Positions 9,705 to 19,300 of a stretch of 64,000 bases of DNA are shown one piece after another. Made by a program: the position numbers and the translations under genes. The number at the start of each line of letters is the position of its first letter. Position 1 is the stretch's first letter. The notes under the pieces were generated by a model. That model worked only from the letters and a program-made list of their open reading frames with translations, was not told the DNA's origin and searched no databases. Origin of the DNA: a virus; IMG/VR virus record IMGVR_UViG_3300022562_000333, positions 1 through 64,000 of that record; one strand, written 5' to 3'.

Positions 9705-10646
9705 TCAGGCAGGTGGTCGACCCACCTTCCGAGGGTGCGGGATGTTGTACATCCTCAAGTAACGGTCGATGGTCGTGTGAGACTGCCCCAAGTCTTTAGC
9801 CATTCGCTTCACCGGCACCCCTTTGGCCGCCAGCTCCCGGAGAAGACTCTCGGGTAGAGCCTGCCTGACTTGGTAGTGCGGCCCTTGAAAGCCGAAATGG
9901 AGCTTGTGCTTCATGCACTCGGGCATGTGGGGCTTCACGAGGGAGATGAAAAGGTGGGCTTGGTCTTCCCCCTCGAAGAGAAAGTCCCCCGTCTTTCCGT
10001 TGTGAATTTCCCACCGGGGCTTGAGATTGAACCTGGCGAGGATTTCTAGGGCTACATCTCGACTGGAGGGCTGCATTCCGAACGTGATGCGGGGCCACCA
10101 CCCAACCGAACCATCGTCCATGAACCATACGGACAAGGCGAAGGCGTCCACGAGGTCTACAACTTTTCGGTCAAGGCGCTTAGGCCCGGTCTCGTCGTAG
10201 AAGGTCGGGTACCATTCGTTGAGGCTCGGGTGAGCTACTGTCTCGAACCGCCACCCTTTGAAGGTGCCTTCGGGTTTTTTCCAAACGACCGGCTTGACCC
10301 CGCTCTTGACCCACGACCCCCACTGAACCGCCTTCCACTCGATGTACTCCCGTTGGGCATCCGAATGGTTTTCAAGGAACCGGGTCGAGTTGGGTAGCCG
10401 ACCCAACCGCCCGTCCCCGAGCATCGACCCTACCAAAAGTGACCGGAGCCTACCTTCGATGGAGGTCACCTCATTGCGTTCCGCCCGAGAGACGGTTTCG
10501 ATTCCGAACCGTTTTCGCCAAGACCGAACCCTCTTGAGTGTGGCGCCTTGTCCGATCCGGTCGACGATGGCCTGGTCGGTGAGCTTCTCGACTTCGTAGA
10601 GTTGGCGTAGGGCTTCGGGAGGAAGGGGGCAGTCGATAGGTCTCAC
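9705..10646 (-). CDS. Free-standing LAGLIDADG homing endonuclease with N- and C-terminal HTH
   Basis: Two motifs, LVGSMLGDG and LSVWFMDDG, with HTH-like segments at both ends. GTG at 10646 is preferred (track start 10682). Confidence 0.88.
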   Translation of the reverse strand: MRPIDCPLPPEALRQLYEVEKLTDQAIVDRIGQGATLKRVRSWRKRFGIETVSRAERNEVTSIEGRLRSLLVGSMLGDGRLGRLPNSTRFLENHSDAQREYIEWKAVQWGSWVKSGVKPVVWKKPEGTFKGWRFETVAHPSLNEWYPTFYDETGPKRLDRKVVDLVDAFALSVWFMDDGSVGWWPRITFGMQPSSRDVALEILARFNLKPRWEIHNGKTGDFLFEGEDQAHLFISLVKPHMPECMKHKLHFGFQGPHYQVRQALPESLLRELAAKGVPVKRMAKDLGQSHTTIDRYLRMYNIPHPRKVGRPPA

Positions 10647-10690
10647 TTGAAGTGAGGTAGCACCTAATTGGTCCGTTAGCAACGAAGTAC

Positions 10691-10731
10691 AAAAGCCGAG
10701 AGGCCACCCCGGTTTCCCGGAGCGGCCTCTC
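10691..10731 (-). terminator. Rho-independent terminator after the major capsid gene
   Basis: GAGAGGCCGCTCCGG-GAAA-CCGGGGTGGCCTCTC followed by GGCTTTT. Confidence 0.8.
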
Positions 10732-10759
10732 AGTTTTGGCTTATTCAGCCTGTTTCGTG

Positions 10760-11632
10760 TCAGACGCGGGTGACGATCAACCGCGTGAGACCACGCGGGT
10801 TGAACGCGCCGATGCCGACATTTTCAAAACAGGAGAAGCCGATGGTGCGGGCCTTCGGGTCGTCCGCCGAGAGGACCGTCAGCTCCGTACGAACCGGGAA
10901 GCGGCCGAAGTTCTCCGGCTCCGCACAGATGTACACGAACCCGGCCGGAACCAGGCGGCTCGTGATGATCTGGGCGCCCCAGAGCGTGGCCTGGAGGCCC
11001 GTCTTGAGGAGGACAGCCTGCGACTCGATGTCGAGGATGTCTCGGCCGAACTTGCGGATGTCCGCGTAGTCCGTCGCGTTCATGTAGATACGGGCAACCC
11101 GGAGGTCGTGCCGCTCCACTTCCGCGAAGGCGTCCGCGAGGACGGACGGCGAGATCGGAGCCACGACGTTGATGTCGGGGTTCGTCTGGCCGGGGAGGGT
11201 GTCGAAGCCCGAGACAGCGATGCTGTCGAGGACCGCGAACACACGCTCGTCTTCCGCCGCCTGGATCTGAGCCTTGGCGAGATCCTGGGACCGCTCGATG
11301 AGGTCGAAGCGGCGCTCCTTGATCTGCGTCAGCGGGATCTCGGGGTTCGAGGCGATCTCGAACAGCGGGAAGATCACACGACGGGGCTTCTGGATGGCAA
11401 GGATGTTCTCGCCCTCCTCGCCGACCACGTACGCCGTGACGTCCGGGTCCTTGTCGTAGATCGGAAGCGCTCCGTCCGGAAGCTGCTCGACCAGGAAGGT
11501 CTTGCGGCCGACCGCCGTGTAGTCACGACGGAGGCGGAGAGGCTGGATCATGGAGGCAGCGAGCTTCGCACGGCCAGCGGCCGTTTTGATGTACTCGCTG
11601 ATGATCTGTTGCTTGACGTCGTTGGAAACCAT
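10760..11632 (-). CDS. Major capsid protein, HK97 fold (290 aa)
   Basis: Last gene of the portal-protease-scaffold-decoration series, with a strong SD, highly biased codons and a terminator. The pattern SMIQPL..FEIASNPEI..QIQAAEDERVF..GFSCFENVG resembles, from memory, Bxz1-like mycobacteriophage capsids. Confidence 0.88.
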   Translation of the reverse strand: MVSNDVKQQIISEYIKTAAGRAKLAASMIQPLRLRRDYTAVGRKTFLVEQLPDGALPIYDKDPDVTAYVVGEEGENILAIQKPRRVIFPLFEIASNPEIPLTQIKERRFDLIERSQDLAKAQIQAAEDERVFAVLDSIAVSGFDTLPGQTNPDINVVAPISPSVLADAFAEVERHDLRVARIYMNATDYADIRKFGRDILDIESQAVLLKTGLQATLWGAQIITSRLVPAGFVYICAEPENFGRFPVRTELTVLSADDPKARTIGFSCFENVGIGAFNPRGLTRLIVTRV

Positions 11633-11656
11633 GTTCGTGCCTTCTTTCCTTTCCGC

Positions 11657-12307
11657 TCAGATCCGGAGATCCAGCACGAGCATGGGGGTGTTGGCGTCGG
11701 GGGCCGCCTTGACGACACCGACGACCGTGGGGACATGCGGGTTGACGGAGTACGCCGCCGCAGTGAAGAGGGTCTCGTACGAGTCGTCCGGGTTGTTCGT
11801 GAGAAGCCCGTTGGCCGAAGCGTAGAGAAGGTCGCCAGCCGCGTAGGTGAGGTTGTCACCAGCGTTGCCGGGGCCGGTCGCCTGGAGGATCTTGGTCTCG
11901 TAGATCGTCACGCCAACGCACGAGCCGGAGCCGCACACGTAGGCGCCACGACCGGAGGCCGGGCCAGGGGTGTTCTCGAAGGCGTTACCAACGGCATCGT
12001 TCAGGAAGATGCCGAGAGGCTTCTGTCCCGCGAGGAAGGTTGGACCAGCCGTGACGGACGGGCCGCCGATGAGGTTGTTGCCTGCCTGCGGTCGCGTGAA
12101 CGCGACCGAGCCGCCGAGAACACCAACTTTGGTGATACCGGCGAGGGTGGTGCTGACGAGAGTTGAGCCCGTGTAGACGCCAGGGTTGGCCTGGGTAAAG
12201 GCATCGGCCGTGAGGGCACCCACGCTGTTGCGGGTGACCACATGGAAGAGATGCACTCGACCGGAGGTCTCCTTGAAGTCACCCGAGCTTTGTCCGCGCA
12301 TGCTCAT
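11657..12307 (-). CDS. Head decoration/cement protein (216 aa)
   Basis: Directly upstream of the MCP; Gly/Ala/Thr-rich with PLGIF..YAAGDLLYASANGLLT..VGVV; SD AGGAG. Confidence 0.72.
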   Translation of the reverse strand: MSMRGQSSGDFKETSGRVHLFHVVTRNSVGALTADAFTQANPGVYTGSTLVSTTLAGITKVGVLGGSVAFTRPQAGNNLIGGPSVTAGPTFLAGQKPLGIFLNDAVGNAFENTPGPASGRGAYVCGSGSCVGVTIYETKILQATGPGNAGDNLTYAAGDLLYASANGLLTNNPDDSYETLFTAAAYSVNPHVPTVVGVVKAAPDANTPMLVLDLRI

Positions 12308-12369
12308 TGAATGCGTCTCCTATGGGCGGGAAAGCGTTGGGGCCTTCACATTCACATCTACATCTAGGC

Positions 12370-12433
12370 AATCACCTTTACGGGTGATTGAAGGATTATT
12401 GGAGACCGAGGGGATTCATTTTGAACCCCCTCT
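12370..12433 (-). promoter_or_regulatory. Two stem-loops in the leader of the decoration-MCP genes
   Basis: Inverted repeats CAATCACC/GGTGATTG and GAGGGG..TTCA/TGAA..CCCCTC. Confidence 0.5.
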
Positions 12434-12438
12434 GCCAT

Positions 12439-13854
12439 TCAACGATCCGTAGGAAGCCCGAAAGCCTCCTTGACGTTCGGGGCCGAACCCCAGAGGGACG
12501 AGAGCTTGTCGACCTCGTTCCCGCTGCGACCCGAAGGACCCCCACCGATCTGACTCACGCCCTGCGTGGGGCGGGTACCAACGGTACGGGTAGAGGCGGT
12601 GCGAACCGCATGAGCCTGCTTCTGCTGACCCTCGCCGCCGTCCTGCGCCTGCTGGGCCTGCTGAGCCTCGTCGTTGGCGAAGAGCTGGCGGAGAACGTCG
12701 TCCTCCGGTCCGAGGGAAACCTCACCGACGTCCATCGACGGGGTCTCCAGCTCGATGTCCATGGCGGCCGGGGCAGCGGGGGCCTGCATCCCGCCGTCCG
12801 AGGCGAGCATCTGGTCGATGAGCTGGTCGTCACCCATCATCATGGGCTCCTGACCCTGAGCCATCGGCATCTGCTGCTGGCCTTGGCCCTGCATCTGCTG
12901 CTGAGCGAGCTGCTGGACGATCTGCTGCGCAGCCTGCATAGGGTCTTGACCCGACTGAACCGCCTGCTGGATCGCAGCCTGAAGCGCCTGCTGTTGTGCC
13001 TGCATCTGCTGCTCGTCAGCCTTCTTCTTGGCAGCCGCCTGGACCGGCATCTGCTGCTGGCCCTGAGCCTGCTGCTGCATCTGGGCGAGCTGCTGCTGCA
13101 TCTGGGCGAGCTGCTGCTGGAGCGCCTGAACCTGCTGCTGCGCCTGCATCTGCTGTTGCTGGGCCTGCTGCTCCTGCTGCGCCTGCATCTGCTGCTGCAT
13201 GGCCTGCTGGACCATCGCCTGGGCCGCTTGAGCGTCACCCTGCTGGAGAGCCTGGACAGCCTGAGCGACCTGATCTTGGTTCGCCTTCTTGTCCTCGCCT
13301 TCCTTCTTGTCCTCGGCCTCTTCCTTCTTCTTCTCCGCGTTCTCCTTGAACTGCGGAGGCATCTCGCCGCCCTGCTTGGCCTGACCCTCTTCCTCGTCAC
13401 CACCCTCCTCTTCCTCGTCGTCGTTGGCGAGGCGGGTGTACGTGGACATGACCTCCGAGTCCGGGAGGTACATGAACGAGATCGACTGCTCCTCGATGTC
13501 CGACTCGGAAGCCGTCTTGGGGAGCATCGCTCGGGCGATGGCAACGCAGAGGGCAGCCTTCTTGGTGAGGACTTCCTCCGAGGCCGTCTTCTCGGGGTGG
13601 TTGAAGGTGTCGCCACGCATCTCGGGCATGCCGATCTCGTTGCGCTTCACCTGCCCACCGCTGTACTCCGCCTCCCACGTCCCGTTGGACGGGTGGACGT
13701 CCTCAGCGAAGGACGAAGGATCCCCAGTCACGTACTTGTCAGCCGGAGGCTGGACCTTCACGTGATCCTGGTTCATGAGGTAGGGGTCGGCCGTCTTGAC
13801 GGTCGCCCGCTTGACGATCTCGTCATGGTTCCAGGTTGAGCGCTCGCGGGGCAT
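12439..13854 (-). CDS. Putative scaffolding/core protein, Gln-rich coiled coil (471 aa)
   Basis: Lies between the protease and decoration/MCP; long Q/A/M coiled coil, acidic patches and many KTA/KKA/KQA sites. Confidence 0.72.
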   Translation of the reverse strand: MPRERSTWNHDEIVKRATVKTADPYLMNQDHVKVQPPADKYVTGDPSSFAEDVHPSNGTWEAEYSGGQVKRNEIGMPEMRGDTFNHPEKTASEEVLTKKAALCVAIARAMLPKTASESDIEEQSISFMYLPDSEVMSTYTRLANDDEEEEGGDEEEGQAKQGGEMPPQFKENAEKKKEEAEDKKEGEDKKANQDQVAQAVQALQQGDAQAAQAMVQQAMQQQMQAQQEQQAQQQQMQAQQQVQALQQQLAQMQQQLAQMQQQAQGQQQMPVQAAAKKKADEQQMQAQQQALQAAIQQAVQSGQDPMQAAQQIVQQLAQQQMQGQGQQQMPMAQGQEPMMMGDDQLIDQMLASDGGMQAPAAPAAMDIELETPSMDVGEVSLGPEDDVLRQLFANDEAQQAQQAQDGGEGQQKQAHAVRTASTRTVGTRPTQGVSQIGGGPSGRSGNEVDKLSSLWGSAPNVKEAFGLPTDR

Positions 13855-13899
13855 CGGGGGGATCCTTTCAGTTGGTGAAGGACTCGTATAAAGACTTTT

Positions 13900-15546
13900 T
13901 TAGAGTCCGAGGGAGTACAATCGGCCCTTCTCCACTAGAAGTGCCTTCTCGGACTCCATGAGGTCGCGTCCGACTACCTTCCGACAAGCCGCAAGGTAGC
14001 TATTTACATCTGCATACCGGCCCGTGCCGCCTACAGCGATCACAGTCCTGTAGACCCGAGCGTCCCCCGCCATGGAGGATCGCTTGGTGAGTCGATCGAC
14101 CAAACGGGACACCACAAGGATCTCCCGTCCTGAAAAGCGGTTTGCACGGCGTACCGCTTCCCATCCTCCATGGTCGTGAAGAATCAAACCTGCCAAGACC
14201 GCTCTTGCGGTTGACGGGGTCTTCACGGAAGCCATGACCACCTTCGCCCGCTCTCGCCACTTGGGGTAACGGAGCGAGGACTTGATCAAAGACTCGTTGG
14301 AGCTGTTCTCGTCGATGATCTTCTTGATCTCACCTTGCTCGCCCTTGGCAAGCTCTTGACGGACTCGCTCAACAACCTTGTCCGTCAAGGTCTGGTATAG
14401 GTCATCGACCACTTTCTTGAAGGGGTCCTCATCTTCTTTGGGGGCCTGCTCGCCACCTTCGCCCCCACCCTCACCAGGGAAGTCCTCTTCCGCCGTCTTG
14501 GCAGAAGCGATCTCTTGGCGACGCGCCGTCAGGTTGGCCTCAGCCCTCTCTTGTGTGGAGAAGGCCGGGGGAGCTTGGAGCACCCCGAGGGACGGGCCAT
14601 CGAAGAGGTAGGCGAGATGGTCGCCGGGGACCGCCTTCACCCCAACTCCTACGGGGGCGAGACGGGCGGCTTTCTGGAGAACGTTGGGATCGAAGGTGCG
14701 AGCCGGCTCCGAGAACGCGACCTGAATCTTCTTCTTCATCGCCTCGGCCATCTGAGCCGAAGCTGGGTCGAGGATGTTGCGGAGGACGGCCCCAGTAAAG
14801 GCGGGGTTGGCGACCCAAGAACCCTCAATGAACTTGACGGACCCCGGCTCGCGGTCGATGTGACCGCACAGCTCGGCGATCTTCCGGCGCTTCCCCATAG
14901 AGTCGAGGAAGAAGTTGCCCTTCTGGTACTTGATATGGCGGCAGAGCTGTAGCTCGTCCTCAGCCACGTTCCCACACTTGGTGCATTGGGTGAACGCGAC
15001 GTGGCAGCCCATCGACAACGTACCGAGCTGGCCGGTAGAGATGGCGTCGATCAGAGCCTTGTGCTTCTTGTCCGTGGCCACGAGGATGTCGACGTAGATC
15101 GAGTCCCCAATGTCCCGAGCGGCGGCGTCGATGATCTTGCCTTTCGACAGCTCCGGGATTTGGATGTGCTCGACGTAGTTCTCTGCGCCGATGAAGGTCT
15201 TGTAGGCCGCGAGGAGGAGCTTGCGCTCCCACGCATCATGGTTGTTGTTGATGTACTTCGTCGTCCCGACCGTGATGTAATAGTCGGGGTACTTCCGGTC
15301 GATCTGCACCCCATCGAACATCTGCTTGCCGAGGGCGCCACCGGGGTTCTCCGTGTCGACCGAAGCAATGATCGAACAATGGGAGAGCAGGAACTTGGAA
15401 GGGTCGTACTGCTGTAGAACGACCTGCGAAGCTGCCCGATCCTTAAATGTGTCAAGGCCGACTGCCGCCTGGCGGATCTCGTCCCAACCGACACGGTTGA
15501 TAGCCGGTTGAACCACCGAGGCGTGGGCGAACTTCGCGAAACCCAT
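13900..15546 (-). CDS. Prohead maturation protease (HK97-like) with a Cys/His insertion (548 aa)
   Basis: His (YVEH), Ser (LSMG) and FIEGSWVANPA match the ExSxVxxPA motif of HK97-type proteases; position upstream of the scaffold. Confidence 0.8.
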   Translation of the reverse strand: MGFAKFAHASVVQPAINRVGWDEIRQAAVGLDTFKDRAASQVVLQQYDPSKFLLSHCSIIASVDTENPGGALGKQMFDGVQIDRKYPDYYITVGTTKYINNNHDAWERKLLLAAYKTFIGAENYVEHIQIPELSKGKIIDAAARDIGDSIYVDILVATDKKHKALIDAISTGQLGTLSMGCHVAFTQCTKCGNVAEDELQLCRHIKYQKGNFFLDSMGKRRKIAELCGHIDREPGSVKFIEGSWVANPAFTGAVLRNILDPASAQMAEAMKKKIQVAFSEPARTFDPNVLQKAARLAPVGVGVKAVPGDHLAYLFDGPSLGVLQAPPAFSTQERAEANLTARRQEIASAKTAEEDFPGEGGGEGGEQAPKEDEDPFKKVVDDLYQTLTDKVVERVRQELAKGEQGEIKKIIDENSSNESLIKSSLRYPKWRERAKVVMASVKTPSTARAVLAGLILHDHGGWEAVRRANRFSGREILVVSRLVDRLTKRSSMAGDARVYRTVIAVGGTGRYADVNSYLAACRKVVGRDLMESEKALLVEKGRLYSLGL

Positions 15547-16314
15547 TTACCGGACCCTCCGCTGAGCCACGGGCGCCACCGGGGGAGCCACAGGGGCGAC
15601 GCCAAACCAGTTGTGAGGCTGCCCGCTCGGCCCGAGAACCGACTGAGGGTCGATCAAGTAGAGGCACTTGGGGCAAGCGAAGACCTTGTGCTTCGCTCCC
15701 TTGTGCATCTTGTACGTGGACTGACGCATCCGCGTAGCGCACTTGGGGCAAGCCGGCTTGCCAGCCCTGATGTCCTCCCCCGTGGCCCGGTACTGACGGT
15801 TCTGAGCCACCCAGTAGGCCCCAGACTTCTCCATCGCCTGTTGAATCCGAAGCTCCCCGGCGTTGCGAGCAAGCCTGTAGAGCTTGCTCACCTCATCCCG
15901 GAGAGCTTCGTCGTCAACATTGGGAGCCAAGGCCCGATAGAGGTCGTCGTAGGCGATGACCTCACTCGCTCCTTTGTGCCACTGTCGAGCAAGCTCGATG
16001 TAGACCGAGGGCTGGAACTGAGCGCTCCGCCAGAGGGGTGCGGATGCCTTCCGCGCCTTCTCGATCTCGACCGACGAGTAGCTCTGATCGAATGCTGGAG
16101 GAAGGTACCGGAGGAACTCCGGGCTGACCTTCACGACGTCGTCTGGGAAGACGCGCTCGTTACCGAACGGCCACTGTACATCGAGGCACCCAATGCCCCG
16201 AAGAACAGCGGTCACGCATCCGACGTAAGGGGACAGCTCCCCAGTAGTGACGTTGATCTTTTGGACCGAGTCACCTTGGGAGTAGTCCTTCGTCAGCTTC
16301 CAGTAGTCGATCAC
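15547..16314 (-). CDS. Hypothetical protein with a C-terminal zinc ribbon (255 aa)
   Basis: CPKC-x18-CPKC and an SH3-like N-terminus. Confidence 0.7.
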   Translation of the reverse strand: MIDYWKLTKDYSQGDSVQKINVTTGELSPYVGCVTAVLRGIGCLDVQWPFGNERVFPDDVVKVSPEFLRYLPPAFDQSYSSVEIEKARKASAPLWRSAQFQPSVYIELARQWHKGASEVIAYDDLYRALAPNVDDEALRDEVSKLYRLARNAGELRIQQAMEKSGAYWVAQNRQYRATGEDIRAGKPACPKCATRMRQSTYKMHKGAKHKVFACPKCLYLIDPQSVLGPSGQPHNWFGVAPVAPPVAPVAQRRVR

Positions 16315-16361
16315 GTTAGCCCCACAAAGGGTGAAGGGTTGTCTTTGAGAACCCCGTGCCT

Positions 16362-19300
16362 TCAGGGGGCGAGCGGCTTGCCGGTCGTCGACTTGCCCTC
16401 GTGGACCGCCTCAGACTGGTCGTCCTTGAACTGGCCCATGTACTTCTCGTCGGCGTCCGTCTGGTGAGGGGCCATGGGCGCGTTGAACGTACCCATGTAC
16501 TTCTCATCGGAGTCCTGCTGGAGCACCTTGGCGAGCTTCGGGTTGGAAGCCGCGAGCACCTCGGTCTGCCGCTTGAGGAGCGAAGCCTCACCAAAGGCAG
16601 CCGCCTCGATCTCATCGGCGGTCTTGTCGAGGTCGTTCACGATTGCCTTGGCCGTATCGAAGTCCATCCCGAACTTCTTGTAGTTCTCTTGGATGAACCC
16701 GGCCGCCTTGTCGAGACGACCCAGAATGGCGTTGGCTTGGTCCTTGGCGAACTTGACGGTCATGGCGTTTCCCTCTGTCTCTTCGGTTGAAAAAGCCACA
16801 CGGTCGGTCGCCGCGTGGACGGTCAACAACGTCTCGTCCGCAGGTTGCGAAGCGAGCTTGGCGAGCATCATGTTGTAAAGCGGGGGCGAGATCGCCCTGT
16901 TGTATCGACTCGCGTGGATCGCGAGGTCCAACGCCGCTCGGAACCGGGCGTCCGGAACCATCCCCTCGATGTCTTTGGCCAACACAGGGGACTTGAGCCA
17001 TTCCTTGGCGGACTTCAGGATGGCGTCGAAGTCCGACGCCCCGAGGTCACAACGATGGGGTTGGTTCCACTTGGTATAAGGAGCGAAACCCTCGTGACCC
17101 TTCGGATAAGGCTCCACCCCGTGATACAGGGCGGTGCGGTCCCGATTGGAAGGCGGAGTGGTACCCATCTGCCATTTTTGGAGCCCATAAGAAGAATAGA
17201 GAGAAGCGCGACGAAGCTGTTTGAGGTCTAGCTTCGCCTTCTCCCGATCCTTCTCACTGAGCTTGCGCAAGTACCCGATGGGTGGTCTCGGAGGCTCAAG
17301 ATCCGGAAGCAACTCAGGCTCAGGCTCGTCGAACGGGGGAGCCCGGTAGGGGTCCTTGGCGTACTTCGCTTCGTGCTTCGTCTTCCGCTTCTCCCAAGCG
17401 TCGTGTTCTTTCTGAGCCGCCTTCTGCTTCGTCTTGTGCTCTTTGTCCTTGCTCTCCCACTCTGATCGCTTCGCGTGGTAGCGCTTGACCTCGTCTTCCC
17501 GGATATGGGTCACCACCTGACGAGCTTTGGCGGGATCTTGGTCGCGGAGTTTTTTGAGGGTTTGGACCTTGAGGATCGTAGCTGGATCAATGACAGACAA
17601 CTCGGACGGGTAGCGTTTACCCGCTTTGCTCATCATGTCTTGCGCTTGACTTAGCTTCCGAGCGACGTCTTCGGGGTCATCCGTAGGTCGAATCGCATCC
17701 CCGGACTTCGGATCCAAAAATCGAGCTTTGGCCTCCCGGTAGTCCTCACCTTGAAGAGCAGCAACCGCAACCTGTTGACCCACGGGGTCCAACTTCTTGA
17801 TCGCCTCTATGAACTTGGTCCGGTCCTTGTCGCTGAGAGTTGGTCTAGTTGTGGTGCGAACCACGTGACCGAACCGCCCGTCGCTCTCTTCCTGCTTCCC
17901 GTAACCAGACGAGGACTGGGTGAAGAGATTGGTAGCCCAGGTCTTGACCTTCTTCTTTCTCTCGGACTCCGACAAGGACCCCGCTGACAGCGTCGCGTGG
18001 GCCAACGAGGTCGATAGGTGCTTGGGGATCCCGTTCCCTACCAACGCTTTCGCAACGCGAGACCTTGAGGCCAAGCTGGCTCCCAGCAACTTCATACGGT
18101 GCTCGTGAACCGCTTGTTGCTTCTGGCCTGGGGTCAACTTGTCAAAGGTGAGTTTCTTCTCAACTTCCTTGCCGTCTTCTTGGACCTTGACCACCCCATA
18201 CTTGGGAAGTGAGGTGACCTCTAGTGGGTCCGACACGTAATTCCGTCCGGCTTCTTGGATCTCTCGTTTGAGGTTCTTGGGGGGATCGAGGGCGTTGAAC
18301 TTCGTGTAAGAAGAGAGGGCGAGCTTGGCGTCTTCCGGATGAAGAGACCCAAGGCGAACTTGAATTTCCGAAGGGAGGGGCGGATCCATGTCCCAGAGGG
18401 CGTTAAGCACCTCCAACCGCTCCTCCTCGGTGGGCGGCTTTCGATTCGGGGGCTTGAAGTCTTTGGCGCTCTGAGCCTTGCGGGCCGCCTCCTCCAGCTC
18501 CTTCTGGTTCTTTTCAGCGGCCTGAGCCTTCTCTTGTTCGGCCTTGGTCGTCTCTCGCTTCGTAAGGTCTGAGGCAGCCCCTTGAAGGTCCGCAATCGAC
18601 TTGGCAGGGAGGTTCAGACCTTTGAGGGCCGGGATTAGTTTTTCGGGCGGGATCCCCTCGATGGGGTGCCCATCTTTCTTGTACTGGTCGAGCTTCTTGG
18701 ACAGCTCACTTTTGGGGTCAGCCAGGGATTGAATCGCAGCCTTGACCTTGGGGTCTAAGGCATCGAGCTTGGAGTCAAGAGACTTCCGCTTCTTCTTCGT
18801 AGCGAAGTCATTGATCAGTCGCGATTGCTCGTTGGGGTCGAGCTGATCCCAAGGGACACGCTTCTTCGACTTAGGGTCATAGAAGTTGCCGGAGTCGTCG
18901 GTTGTAGGGAGGTTCTGGGTGTATTCCTTGAACTCCGGGTGGTTCTGGTAGTTCTTCGCCTTGAACCGCTCCCGGACACGAGCGGCCATCTGCTCCTCAG
19001 AAGAGGAGTCGGGAGCCTTCTTCTCTTCGGGAGCCTTGGGCTCCTCAGCTTTGGGCTCCTCAGCTTTGGGCTCCTCAGCTTTGGGCTCCTCAGCTTTGGG
19101 CTCCTCACCCTTGGGCTCCTCACCCTTGGACTCCTCACCCTTGGACTCCTCACCCTTGGACTCCTCACCCTTGGACTCTTCCTTCGGACCCTCCGGCTTC
19201 TTGGCTCCAGGGGACTCACGCTCCGAACGCTCCTTGTCCTTGACGGGCTTGTAGCGCGAAGGGTTGTTCTTGGCGGTCTGTTCCGGAACTGAAACGACCT

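Noticed and set aside
9705-10682. Intein or group I intron around the LAGLIDADG ORF
   Set aside because: There are no C/S...HN intein ends, the MCP ends normally with its own terminator, and no split gene flanks it.
10760-11632. Cellular encapsulin operon
   Set aside because: Terminase, portal, protease and scaffold genes in the same module indicate a true phage capsid.
19036-19182. Possible CRISPR array
   Set aside because: The 15-bp units are contiguous with no unique spacers and encode an in-frame EE[SP]K[GA] linker.
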